From contig NW_021834793.1 in the NCBI RefSeq assembly GCF_006345805.1, forward strand, positions 1 to 64,000: a stretch of DNA of 64,000 nucleotides, written 5' to 3'. A program made the position numbers and the translations under genes. Positions 1 to 15,810 of this stretch are shown here, piece by piece (position 1 is the first letter of the stretch; the number at the start of each line of letters is the position of its first letter). Under the pieces are notes generated by a model that saw nothing but the letters and a program-made list of their open reading frames with translations, ran no database searches and was not told the DNA's origin. The DNA comes from Octopus sinensis. Its lineage: Eukaryota.

Positions 1-355
1 ATCCCTCATTTCTATTGCAGCTTCGTAACTCCCCCCCTCTTTCCCCTCTGTCTCTTTGCTTCTCTCTATCACACCATCTGTCTTCTTTCAGCCATTCAAT
101 CTCCCTTGTCTCTCACTTCTTCTTCTCCACTTTTCTGTCACAATCTCTCCTCTCTCACCTTCTCATCTCTCTTCTTTCAGCCATTCAATCTTCCCTTGTC
201 TCTTCACTTCTCCACTTCTCTCTGTCACAATCTTTCCTCTCTCCTTCTCATCTCTCTTCTTTCAAGCCATTCAATCTTCCCTTGTCACTTCACTTCTCCA
301 CTTCTCTCTGTCACAATTTTCCTTCTTCTCACCTCTCACCTTCTCAATCTCTCTA
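1..355. repeat. CT-rich minisatellite, ~89 bp unit, about 3 copies
   Basis: agccattcaatct recurs near 89, 179 and 266, and ctgtcacaat recurs with the same spacing. Confidence 0.8.
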
Positions 356-409
356 AATATATAGTCGCATAAATATATATCTTCTTATCTTCTCTCAGCT
401 CTCAATCTC

Positions 410-3400
410 TCTAGGTGCACAGTCGCTTTCTTTCTCTGCCCGCTGTCACACTATTGAATTTTGAACATAATTGGATAGATAAATAAATAGATAGATTATC
501 CCACACGTCCAGAGCCTGGAGACCTGACGAACTGGCGTTGTTCGTACGAGCCTGGAAATGCGCCGACGGAGAAAACCCAAACAATGTGATTACGGTCGCG
601 CTGAAGAGCGGCAACTACAAAAGGACGGTAGCTCAGATAGAGCGAAAGAAACAGGAATTCAAACGCTCCTATGCGCTTGTACAGTCGCACATTGGCACAC
701 TTGATGCCATTTTTGAGAACGAGCAAGGCAAAATATGCAAGGATGGAGAAGATGAAGAAGTCACCCCCCCACCTGGTGGACACCCGGGAAGGTGTTTTGA
801 GTGAGAAAACCTGCCCTGGAAGTGAACCCAAGTACCAATGCTTCTACCGGCAGCAAGGGCCATGGAGATGGAGAACCCAGGGAAGAAGTAGAGGGAGGAA
901 GCTAAAAGAAGGACTGAAAGAGCTAAAGGAAAAGCTCAAGCAGGACCAAAGGTGAAACAGCCAGGAATAGAAGTGGAAACCGCAAGGGATGGAAACAAAC
1001 AGCGCACACGGGTGTGTAGGTTCTACCTGAGAGGTACCTGCTGGCATGAGAGGAAGGTGCAGGCTGCTGCTTTGCACATTCGGGACCCTGCCACAGAGAC
1101 ATGAACGAAAACAATAACAAACCATCAACACAAGGAAAAGGGATGGACCACCACGCACCACCTGCCCAAAATGGAGGTACGCGGATGTGGTGCGTGCCAC
1201 AAACCGCCAACATGACGTTGTTGAAGGGCAGCTGCTGAGCAAGAATCTTTTTTGTGCATGGCACAAAAGATTGTACAGCAGCTGACCTGGCTTCATCAAC
1301 CCAAGCTCACAGGTGGGACTACCCACAATATAACAAGACCACCACAGCAAACGACCCAAGATGGACACCACCGGCAACACCATACACTCACCCTCGATGC
1401 TCCTACTGGACATCAGAGGACTGCAAACACTCAGTAACAGGACAAAAATCCCGTTCCTGAGAGACTTTGTCGCATGCAATCAAGCCTTATGCATAGCATT
1501 TACGGAAACGCACCTGAAACCGGACATAGCAGATGCGAATTACACATACCACAGTATGTTGTATACGGACCGACAGAAAAGAAAGGAGTCATGGAGGAGT
1601 TGCTATGTACATCCGTGAGGACCTCACACCCCAGGTCCTTTGTCATACTCAAACTCGGCGTGTGACACACTATTGTACACATAGGCAACTCGATGTAGTT
1701 GTGTGTACTACATATCGCCCTCCAGATGCCCCAAACCATGTAGGTAAGTTTGAAGACTGCTTATAAAAATAGAAGAAGTTCTAATCACATTAGAACAACA
1801 CATAAGTGTACTTCTCATGGGAGACTTCAATCTGCCCATGTCAGATGGCCTGAGGGCCTTCTCTTCCAGGATGACAGATGTGAACAGGACGGCGAGGTCC
1901 CTCCTGAACCTCATCAACCCCTGTACATGGAGCAAGTAATACTCCAACCAACCAGGGCAGGTAACACACTGGATCTCTGCTTCACAAAATATATGGATCT
2001 CATCCATAATGTGAAAGTGACACCGACACTACTCTCGGATCACAACATGGTAGAGCTGACCATGTACGGGCCAAAAGAGAGCACGGACATGCAGCCTACA
2101 AGAAACCCTCAGAATCTTTCCAGCTTGAACTACCATAAGGCAAACTGGAAACAAATTGAGAAAGAGATCCTCAAACAAAACTGGCCTAAATGTCTCTCCT
2201 CGCCAGACATCGAATTGAAACTTCAACAATTCATGTCTGTAATGCAAGCCATATGCTACAAATGTGTCCCAGAGAGAAAGGCCACTGTACACAAGAACAA
2301 AATCCCCAGAGAGAGGAAAATTTTAATGAGACGGCGTACAAAATTTCAAATCGCCTAAACAAACAGATTGAAAGCAGTGAAAAGTCCCGCCTAAAAATAA
2401 ACTGTTGGAAATTGAAAAATGTTTGCAACTCTCCCATGAAAAGGAAAGAGCAGACAAAGAAGCCTGGGCTATAGACAACATAAAATCTAACCCCAGAGCT
2501 TTCTACAGGTATGCCAAAGAAACAGCTATGGTGCACTGTAGAATAGGGCCACTCCTTGAAAAGGATGGCACACTTACATGAAAACCAATGAGGGTAAGTG
2601 AAATACTGAATGAGCAATTCAAGAGTGTTTTCACTCCACCCCTTGGGCATCTCCAAATCACCAATCCAACTGACTTCTTTACCACTGCAGATATAGAATC
2701 AGAGGCGGTGACGATAGATTACATCGATATAAAGGAAGACGATGTAATAAAGGTTATAGATGAAATGAAAATAGACTCAGCTACTGGCCCCGATGGATTC
2801 CTGGCAATCCTCCTAAAAGCATGTAAGAGAGTCCTAGCAAGACCACTGCAGTTCCTCTTTCAGAGCTTCCTTGCAGCTGGCAAACTTCCAAGAAAACTGA
2901 AGGAAGGTAAAATATGCCCCATTCATAAAGGAGGTAGCAGAGCGGAGGCCAAGAACTACAGACCTATCTCTCTGACCTCACACATCAGCAAGGTCATGGA
3001 ACGAATAGTCAGAAGGAAACTGATCACCTTCCTTGAAGAAAATGACTTGCTGCCCGACACCCAACATGGTTTCCGACCAGGAGAAGCTGTTTAACTCAGC
3101 TCCTACAACACTATGACTGGGTGCTGAAACGGCTGCTCTCTCACCACTCAAATGTAGAAGTGATATATCTCGACTTTGCGAAGGCCTTTGATAAAGTCGA
3201 TCATGGAATGATATGTCACAAACTGCGTGATCTCAACATAGTTGGAAAACTGGGAGAATGGCTTCATGACTTTCTGAAAGATAGAAGTCAGGTGGTAGTA
3301 GCCAATGGGGCCACTTCCATCAACACACAAATAGTGAGCGGTGTCCTGCAGGGCACTGTTCTGGGACCACTACTGTTCATAATGGCCCTCTCAGACATGC

Positions 3401-4432
3401 CCTCAGCCACGCAGAGAGCCACGATCACAAGTTATGCAGATGATACAAAAGTTTCACAGGCAATACAGAACCCTGAGGACACTAAACGCCTGCAATGTGA
3501 GCTGGACAAAATATACAAGTGGGCTGAAAAGAAAAGCATGCAGTTCAATGCTGAAAAGTTTCAAGCTTTATACTATCAGCATGCAAAACTAAATGCAATA
3601 CCCAAGGAATACACTGGACCCGGAGGAATATCAATCCCAGAGGCACAATCAGTGCGTGACCTGGGTATTTACATGAGTGATGACGCAACCTTTCGTGTTC
3701 ATGTTGCTAAATTGGCAATGAAATGTAGACGACTGGCCGGATGGATTTCTCAGAACCTTTAGAACAAGAGAACAAGAAACCATGATGGTCCTCTGGAGGA
3801 CACTTGTCCTAAGTCACTTTGACTATTGCTCTCAGTTATGGTCACCATCCAGTGTCAATTTGATCACAGAGCTCGAGGCGATCCAGCGTAGCTACACGAA
3901 GAAGATAGCCTCTATGCAGAATGTAAGCTACTGGGAAAGACTCAAGAGATTAAAACTATATTCCTTGGAGCGTAGGCGGGAAAGATATGCCATAATATAC
4001 ATCTGGAAGATCCTGGAGGGATGTGTCCCAAACTTTGGCATCGAGAGTTACACAAATGCCAGAACTGGGCGCCACTGCGTGGTGCCTAGGACTCCAAATT
4101 TGCCATCAAGATGTAGGACAAGATACTGTGATAGCCTGGGCTTCCGAGGCCCACAGCTCTTCAATCTCCTTCCGAAGAACCTGAGAGACCTGCATGGGGT
4201 GGATGCAGATGTCTTTAAAATGAAACTGGATCTCTTCCTGTCAGGTGTCCCAGATGAACCAACTTCACGGCAGGAGGTGCAGATGAGGGCAGCTGCATCG
4301 AACTCTCTCATGCACCAAATGGCAGTTGCTAGAAAGCGTTCGTGAAATAAAACCAAGTAGCAACACCAAATGGCGGTGCCCCAGCATGGCCACAGCTCAT
4401 GAGCTGAAACTAGAATCAATCAATCAATCAAT
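410..4432 (+). mobile_element. Near full-length degenerate LINE (Proto2/CR1-group-like): ORF1 remnant plus APE-RT ORF2 with frameshifts
   Basis: APE motifs (AFTETHL, HGGVAMY, YRPP, GDFN, NTLDL, SDH) and RT motifs (NYRPISLTS, QHGFR, YLDFAKAFD, QGTVLGP, YADD). C-terminus LYSLERRRERY...PDEP, (AATC)n tail at 4414-4432. The 5' boundary is approximate and the clade is from memory of motifs. Confidence 0.85.
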
Positions 4433-4478
4433 ATACACATATATATACATATATATATATATACATATATACATATAT

Positions 4479-4532
<54 letters not shown>

Positions 4533-4600
4533 TATACATATATACATATATATATATATTATATATACATATATACATATATATATACATATATACATAT
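4433..4600. repeat. (TA)n/(TATACA)n microsatellite; similar tracts at 6630-6867, 9572-10050, 12886-12926, 13230-13297, 15306-15810, 16463-16707, 28740-28917, 32801-33072, 33396-33426, 34386-34427, 59627-59673
   Basis: Directly visible; these tracts produce the spurious YI-repeat ORFs. Confidence 0.95.
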
Positions 4601-4633
4601 GCTGTTCTGTTTTTCTGAGAATTATTTTTAGAT

Positions 4634-4941
4634 TGTCGGTGGCACGTAAAAGCACCATCCGTTCGTGTCCGTTGCCAGCCTCGCCTGGCCCCGTGCCGGT
4701 GACACGTAAAAGCACCATCCGTTCGTGGCCGTTTGCCAGCTCTGTCTGGCACCTCTGCAGGTGGCACGTAAAAAGCACCCACTACACTCACAGAGTGGTT
4801 GGCGTTAGGAAGGGCATCCAGCCGTAGAAACACTGCCAGATCTGACTGGGCCTGATGAAGCCTTCCAGCTTCACAGACCCCAGTTGAACCGTCCAACCCA
4901 TGCTAGCATGGAGAACGGACGCTAAATGATGATGATGATGA
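4634..4941 (+). mobile_element. 5'-truncated RTE 3' UTR copy (SINE-like) with (GAT)n tail
   Basis: Homologous to the 3' end of the RTE at 6868-9571: ~60 bp repeats, ggaagggcatccagc, cccatgctagcatgg, gatgatgat. Confidence 0.85.
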
Positions 4942-6325
4942 ATGACCTTTAAGAAAATCTTTCTTTAAATATTGTGACTATTATTGAATAGTGTTTGTAA
5001 AAACCTGTTTTCGAGTGTGTGTGTGTGTGTGTGTATTTGAAAGTGCTATTTTATGAGATAGTAAGTATTTATTAAATTATTTCTCTAATACATTAGAGTA
5101 TGATTCATACTCTAGATATTGCCAAATGTATACAAAATTATTATAATGTTTGGTTATTAGCAGTAAAAAGTAAGTTTCAGAATTTCCTAGTAATTAAGGT
5201 GCAGTTATTTTTTTATAGTTATAAATTGCAAATAAAGAGTTCACTTCCATCTACAATGTCTGGATTTTGAAAGGTTTTGCTTAGAAGAAAGAACATATAA
5301 AAAAACTGAACTCTTTCTTACATGGTATACATCTAATTGTATGATATACAGATTTCAAAAAGTTACTTTCGATAGGAGGGAGAAAATACTGAAAGAAATA
5401 GTTTAGGCTGACAGAGAGAAAGTAAGAGAGTTGCCTCAGTCTTAGATTGCAAAAGAGATAGGGGGAAAAGATTGATAGCAAGCAGGTATGTATGTTGTTT
5501 CAGCTGAGAGAGAGAAGAGAAGAGTCATGTATCAAGTGGCTAAGTTATCATTAACTGACAGGAGAGCAAAATGTATTGTTTATACAAGGTATATAGATTC
5601 CAGTCAATGAAGTTCTGATAAAATTGTATTTAGTTATTTATCTATGTTTTGTGTATTTAAGAGTTCAGATCAGTAGAGTGATTGAGAAAAGTTTTGAAGG
5701 AGAAGCTGAGCGGAGAGTAGGTGGTGAAGTGTACCTGATATAATGAGTGAGAGAAAGGCAGGGAAATCTAAAATCTGGTTTCAAATGTAGAAGATGCTAG
5801 TTGATTAAATATAATGAAAATAAAAGTGGAGTTTTTGGGGAAAAGGAAAGTATTTCAATTCTGATCACATCTAATGTTTGGCAAGTACGATTCCAAAATT
5901 TGCCAAGAGAATTCAGATGAAAAGGAAAATAATGTTTTAGGTTGAATATTTAAGCAAAAAGTTTGTTGACTCATTTTCTGTTAGTTAATTAAAATAATTT
6001 GATTTTAAGTTTTAGTAATCTTGTTGAACCCCTTCACTTTCAAAATGTCCTTGACCTCTGGTATAAAGCAAAACCAGAGTAACATATTAAACTAAAGTGA
6101 GTTAAGGAGAATAAATTAAGTCCTTACGAAAGCAAAGATAACGTCCTCAAGTAACAACAGTTCTTGGTCCAAAACATTGGGATTTAGTTAATTGTTAATA
6201 TTGACATAACATTTGTCATGTTTGTTGTTTTACATATCTCACAGACTTCTTGATGAGTAATTTAGAAAGGTGTCATAGATACCACAGTATTTGTTGATTG
6301 AAATTAAGCAGTAAAATATAATAAT

Positions 6326-6629
6326 AAAAAGCACCATCCGTTCGTGTCCGTTGCCAGCCTCGCCTGGCCCCCGTGCCGGTGGCACATAAAAAGCACCATC
6401 CGTTCATGGCCGTTTGCCAGCTCTGTCTGGCACCTGTGTGGGTGGCACGTAAAAAGGACCCACTACACTCACGGAGTGGTTGGCGTTAGGAAGGGCATCC
6501 AGCCGTAGAAACACTGCCAGATTTGACTGGGCCTGATGAAACCTTCTGGCTTCACAGACCCCAGTAGAACCGTCCAACCCATGCTAGCATGGAAAACGGA
6601 CGCTAAACGATGATGATGATGATGATGAT
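6326..6629 (+). mobile_element. 5'-truncated RTE 3' UTR copy with (GAT)n tail
   Basis: Very similar to 4634-4941. Confidence 0.85.
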
Positions 6630-6651
6630 ACATATATACATATATATATAC

Positions 6652-6682
<31 letters not shown>

Positions 6683-6867
6683 CATATATACATATATATA
6701 TATATACATATATACATATATATACATATATACATATATATACATATATACATATATATACATATATACATATATATATACATATATATATACTTATATA
6801 CATATATATATACATATATACATATATATATACATATATACATATATATATATACATATATATATAT

Positions 6868-9571
6868 GTGGATGGAGCAAAGTACCATCTCGAACCAGAG
6901 TAACATGGTGGTGGAACACTGTGGTTGACAGGGCTATCAGACAAAAGAGACAGGCTTGGAAGGACTGGAAGAACGGTGGTAGCAGGGAATTGTATCAGAC
7001 AGCCAGAAGGGAAGCTAGGAGACAGGTTTATTTAGCCAGAGGAGAAGCGGATAAGAAAAAATTTGCCAATGTTCTGAGCCGTGAGGATGAAAGACTTGAG
7101 GTATTTCATGTTGCAAGACAGTGTGTGAGAGAGAATCGTGATGTGGTAGGAGAGAAGTGTGTTCGCATGGATGATGGTTCACTTGCGGTAAATGAGGATG
7201 CAGAGAGAGAGGTTTGGAGATGCCACTATGAAAGGTTGCTGAATAAAGAAAATGAATGGGATAAAGAGAGTCTGCCGAATGTTGACCCAACAGAGGGACC
7301 AGCTATCCGAGTTGATAGTTCCGTGGTAGCTAAGGCAATTAGAAGCATGAAGACAGGGAAAGCCCCAGGCCCATCAGAAATTACTGCAGAGATGCTCAAA
7401 ATATCTGGCAGTGTCGGCTATAACCTAGTCACCCGTATAGTCAACCAGGTGATACACGAAGGAGTCATACCCAATGACTGGTGTAGCAGCATACTAGTCA
7501 ACTGCTACAAAGGTAAAGGTGATGCCTAGATACAAATAATTACAGAGGTATCAAGCTGTTGGATCAGGTAATGAAGGTTACGGAGAGGGTCATAGCCCAA
7601 CTAATTAGAGAGAGAGTTAGTTTAGATGAGATGCAGTTTGGGTTCGTGCCAGGGAAAAGCACCACTGATGCTATATTCCTGGTAAGGCAGCTGCAGGAGA
7701 AATACCTAGCCAAAGATAAGCCCCTGTACCTGGCTTCGTTGACATGGAGAAAGCCTTTGATAGGGTCCCCCGATCCCTCATCTGGTGGTCAATGAGGAAA
7801 CTAGGGATAGATGAATGGCTGGTGAGGGCTGTGCAAGCCATGTACAGAGATGCCGTAAGTAAGATTAGGGTTGGCAACATGTACACAGAAGAATTCAAAG
7901 TAGAGGTTGGGGTCCACCAGGGTTCAGTACTCAGCCCCCTCCTTTTTATCATAGTCCTCCAGGCAATAACAGAGGAATTCAAGACAGGTTGCCCCTGGGA
8001 GCTCCTCTATGCTGACGACCTCGCTCTAATTGCTGAGTCACTATCAGAACTGGAGAAGTTCCAGGTGTGGAAGGAGGGTTTAGAATCGAGGGGCCTTAGA
8101 GTCAACCTAGCTAAAACCAAAGTACTAATAAGTAGAAAGGTAGACAATCCATAAATATCCTCAGGAAGATGGCCCTGCTCGATCTGTAGAAAAGGTGTAG
8201 GTAGAAACTCTATAAGATGTACCCAGTGTAAGCTATGGACACATAAGAGGTGCAGCAATGTCAAAGGTAGGCTAACTGGGAAGATAGTTTTTGTATGTGG
8301 CAGATGCTTGGGAGCATTGACCTCCGAAAATCTGCAGAAAACAACTTCCGTCACTTTCCGGGGGGAAAAACTAGAAGTAGTTGATAGCTTCCGCTATCTA
8401 GGTGACCAAGTCAGTAGTGGGGGTGGGTGCGCTGAAAGTGTAACTGCTAGAATAAGAATAGCCTGGCCAAAGTTTAGGGAGCTCTTACCTCTGCTGGTGA
8501 CTAAAGGCCTCTCGCTCAGAGTAAAAGGCAGACTGTATGATGCATGTGTACGAACAGCTATGCTACATGGCAGTGAAACATGGGCCGTGACTGCTGAGGA
8601 CATGCGTAAGCTCGTGAGGAATGAAGCCAGTATGCTCCGATGGATGTGTAATGTCAGTGTACTTACTCGACAGAGCGTTAGTACCTTGAGAGAAATGTTG
8701 TACCTAAGAAGCATCAGTTGTGGTGTGCAAGAGAGACGATTGCGCTGGTATGGTCATGTGGCGAGAATGGATGAAGATAGGTGTGTGAGAAAGTGCCAAT
8801 CCCTAGCAGTTGAGGGAACCCGTGGAAGAGGTAGACCCAGGAAAACCTGGGATGAGGTGGTGAAGCACGACCTTCGGACGTTAGGTCTCACCATGGAAAT
8901 GACTAGAGACCGAGACCTATGGAAGTATGCTGTGCGTGAGAAGACCCGGCAAGACTAGTGAAGCCATAACCCGTGGCCCCTACCTGGGACTTAGTCAGTC
9001 CACCTGTGCATACCTTCCTTCTTGTGACACTTGTGAAGACCTGTTGAGGCAAGTGAAAATCAAATCAAATCAAATCAAATCAAAATAGATGAACATCAAT
9101 GGAATTTGTATCCTTGTGGTACCAGTGCCGGTGGCACATAAGAAAACCATCCGAACGTGACCGTAGCCAGTACCGCATCGACTGGCCTACGTGCTGAGGG
9201 CACGTAACAAACACCATCCGAGCGTGGCCGTTCGCCAGCCTCGTCTGGCACGTGTGTCGGTGACACATAAGAAAACACCATCCGAGCGTGGCCGTCTGCC
9301 AGCCTCGTCTGGCACCTGTGTCGGTGGCACATAAAAAACACCATCTGAGCGTGGCCGTCTGCCAGCCTCGTCTGGCACCTGTGTTGGTGGCGCATAAAAT
9401 CACCCACTACACTCTCGGAGTGGTTGGCGTTAGGAAGAGCATCAAGCTGTTGAAACACTGCCAGATCTGACTGGCCTGGTGCAGCCTTCGGGCTTGCCAG
9501 ACCCCAGTTGAACCGTCCAACCCATGCTAGCATGGAAAGCGGACGTTAAACGATGATGATGATGATGATGA
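6868..9571 (+). mobile_element. 5'-truncated RTE-clade LINE flanked by TA microsatellite
   Basis: RT motifs (KAPGP, QFGF, STTDAIF, KAFD, HQGSVLSP, YADD), Cys-rich insert, LHGSETW, RLRWYGHV, RGRGRPRKTW. A few stops and frameshifts; 3' UTR with tandem ~60 bp units and a (GAT)n tail. Confidence 0.93.
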
Positions 9572-9656
9572 TATATATATACATATATACATATATATAT
9601 ACATATATACATATATAAATATATACATATATATGACCATTCCGAAATATAACAAC

Positions 9657-9687
<31 letters not shown>

Positions 9688-9805
9688 ATATATATACATA
9701 TATATATATATATACATATATATATACATATATATACATACATATTACATATATATATACATATATATATATACACATATATATATATACAATATATATA
9801 TACAT

Positions 9806-9872
<67 letters not shown>

Positions 9873-9923
9873 CATACATACATATATATATACATATACA
9901 TACATATACATATATATATACAT

Positions 9924-12926
<3,003 letters not shown>

Positions 12927-12928
<2 letters not shown>

Positions 12929-13227
12929 AGAAAGAAGCAACAAGAAAGGATTGGTTTTTAGTACAATTGTTTCATACAAGGACAGGCTTTATTACAAGTT
13001 GCAAAAATTGCAGCAGATAAAAGTGTCCTGTACTCATCAGCTAAAATACATTTGAGTTCTCTAGACATCTTAGTGGGTGAGGTTATACTCATGAGATATT
13101 GGAGATAGTTCCATTAGAGGCAGATACAGGTTGTAAACAGTTTTCCAAAGTTCCTTAATGATGATGCACAGTCTTATCACAGATTTTTAAAAAACTTATT
13201 AGTTTCGAAGAGAAGATGAATCAATCA

Positions 13228-13229
<2 letters not shown>
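12927..13229 (-). mobile_element. Penelope-type terminal-repeat fragment carrying a hammerhead ribozyme, between two (TA)n tracts
   Basis: Non-coding 300 bp island with a canonical hammerhead core on the minus strand. Confidence 0.7.
12954..13049 (-). ncRNA. Type I hammerhead ribozyme, canonical core, long stem II
   Basis: Minus strand reads ttttag CTGATGA gtacaggaca...tgtccttgtat GAAA caattg TA ctaaaa. Stem I ttttag/ctaaaa; palindromic stem III ACAATTGT; GUA triplet. Confidence 0.85.
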
Positions 13230-13297
<68 letters not shown>

Positions 13298-13300
<3 letters not shown>

Positions 13301-15305
13301 TTTGGCATAGTATGAATGATGGATTTGGGTTTTATTATTCACAATTTCTAGCCAGAGTACGGTGACTAGTACTGGTATTCTATGGTTGGGGTGTTTAGTG
13401 GGGTAGTCTATTGTGACCTTAATACTCTGGTGAATGGGGTTAGCTATTTGCTGGATGCTCTCTATAGTATTAGTTTCTATTACTATATCAACATTACTCT
13501 CTTGTGGGGGTGCCTTTACCACTATGTTGATATCATCAACATAGCGGGAGTACATGTTTACGAGTATGGAGTTCTGTGCTAGGCGTTCTTTAAGCCTTCT
13601 GTCCCACCATACCATGAAAAGATTGGCCACATCACCAGCGATACTAACGCCGATGGCTGCCCCCTCGTCCTGGGCATATATTTTATTATTAAACTTAAAC
13701 GTGTGGCCTTTTAGGGTAACTCTTATACTAGCTCCTAGTGCATGTGCGATCATTTTCTTTATCTGATGGACATTTGCGGGGCTCCGTATGGCTCTGGTCC
13801 ATCTGCGCCATCTTTCTATATGTGTCTTCCTAGCCATAGAAGTAATTGTGGGTGGTCTACCTCCTAAACATCTACTGGGGCAGAAACTACTAAGATTATA
13901 TTTATCTAAGTATTCATTATTACATGTCAGTCTAAGTAGGAGGCCCAGTTCTTCTGTGTTGACATTACAGAATTCCACCTGGCTCTCATTGATCATCTCC
14001 ATGCACTTCTCCACCGCAAAATCTACGTCGATCGATGGGTATAGGGATACCACATCCATGCTACCCACCATACATCCTGTCAGGTCACAAGTGCTGTTAC
14101 AGTCATCGATCCTGCTGAGGAGATCTTCTGTGCTGTCACAAACATTAGGTGACATCCGGATTATAGGGCGTATGATCATTGAGAGGAAGTAGAAGATTCT
14201 GTAATTGCTAGCGATATTCGCTCCACAGACTGGTCTTGTTGGTGGTCCTGCTATAGGGTCAGTAATTTCTTTATGGTCCTTGCAAAGTCCATTCAGTGCC
14301 GGGATATCATTGTTCCAGGCTTGGAAATTATTTGCTGTACGTTTCTGGGGTCCCAGAACAATTGTCCACATCATCATGTGGGCGTTGAGGACCTTTTCTC
14401 TCTCCTCATGTGCCTGTACAGTTGTTAATTTTGTATTGGCGATATGAGGTTGCATTGCCTGGATGTAGTTCGGTAAGCTGTCTATTGACATCCTGCCGGA
14501 CTTATCTGTGGGAAGGCATACCACCTCTCCGTTCCTCGTGCGCCACATGCAGGTTTAATCCCGAGTTGTTGGGCCTCTGTCTTATTCTGTCTCTGTCTCT
14601 TAGTGTATAATCCTAAAATCTGTCTAAGTTTGGTCCTAGCTATAGTGAACTGTGCTTCCATGTGGTCATTAGTATTTCTTGGGATGTAGACTCTTTTGTT
14701 GAAGGGTAATGTTGTTGGATAAATCCGGCTCATGCAGTAAGTTTTGTCACATACGTTGAAGAATTGAGTGTCAAAGGGGTGGGTATACATGTCAATGGTC
14801 ATTTAAAAAAAAATTTTTTTTTATTTATATATTTTTTTTCGATTCGATTTATTATTATTATTACTAGTATTGTTGTTATACATACAAGCATATGTAATGA
14901 TAATAATAAAGTGGATGTAAACACATGAACAAAATAAGAATAAACAAAAACAAAATACAAATTACATGAACATATATAAACAGAAGATACAAATATTACG
15001 GGCATCCCCCCACATACACACACTAAATAAACATAGACGCACATAGAGATATAAGCATGCGCAAATGAAGACATACAATAGAAATACAAAATGGCTGACG
15101 GTTATCAAGGAGAGACACAAATAAGAAAGAAGAAAACAAAGGACCACTGATGCGGTCACAGGAGTGTGACGAAAGAACTCTGGCCGAAATAAGATTAAGA
15201 TTAATGTAAAAAATAAATAACAATGAAGCAAAATAACACCAAATATATAGTGCGTGTGTTTTTATTGGCTAAACTGGCAAAATAACCATTCCAAAATATA
15301 ACAAT
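13298..15305 (-). mobile_element. Penelope-like element: RT ORF fragment (minus, 14802-13298) plus an A-rich terminal region with a hammerhead-like motif in the opposite orientation
   Basis: PTDKSG, KDHK..GPPTRPV, SMDVVSLYPSI, QDEGAAIG, FMVWWD, YSRYVDDI, YAKP; no GIY-YIG domain visible; flanked by (TA)n. Confidence 0.85.
15141..15185 (+). ncRNA. Hammerhead-like variant (core CUGAUGCG)
   Basis: ggacca CTGATGCG gtcac aggagt gtgac GAAA gaac TC tggcc; stems I and II form, core is non-canonical. Confidence 0.55.
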
Positions 15306-15347
15306 ATATATATATGTATGTATATTATATGTATATATATATATATA

Positions 15348-15378
<31 letters not shown>

Positions 15379-15419
15379 TGTATTATATATATATGTATAT
15401 ATATATGTATATATATATG

Positions 15420-15456
<37 letters not shown>

Positions 15457-15507
15457 GTATATATATATGTATATATATATATATGTATATATATATGTAT
15501 ATATATA

Positions 15508-15539
<32 letters not shown>

Positions 15540-15594
15540 GTATGTATATATATATGATATATATATTATATGTATATATATATATATATGTATA

Positions 15595-15632
<38 letters not shown>

Positions 15633-15679
15633 ATATATGTATATATATATATGTATATATATATATGTATATATATATG

Positions 15680-15710
<31 letters not shown>

Positions 15711-15753
15711 GTATATATATATGTATGTATATATATATGTATATATATATATG

Positions 15754-15805
<52 letters not shown>

Positions 15806-15810
15806 TATAT

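Noticed and set aside
4852-4880. CTGATGA in RTE 3' UTR copies (also 6533) and at 62363
   Set aside because: No stem II-GAAA-stem III arrangement follows, so these are not hammerheads.
5280-5950. Possible very old minus-strand LINE remnant
   Set aside because: Only vague similarity; no diagnostic motif could be read.
9120-9400. Regularly spaced ~60 bp repeats resembling a CRISPR array
   Set aside because: Whole units repeat with no unique spacers; part of an RTE 3' UTR in a eukaryote; no cas genes.
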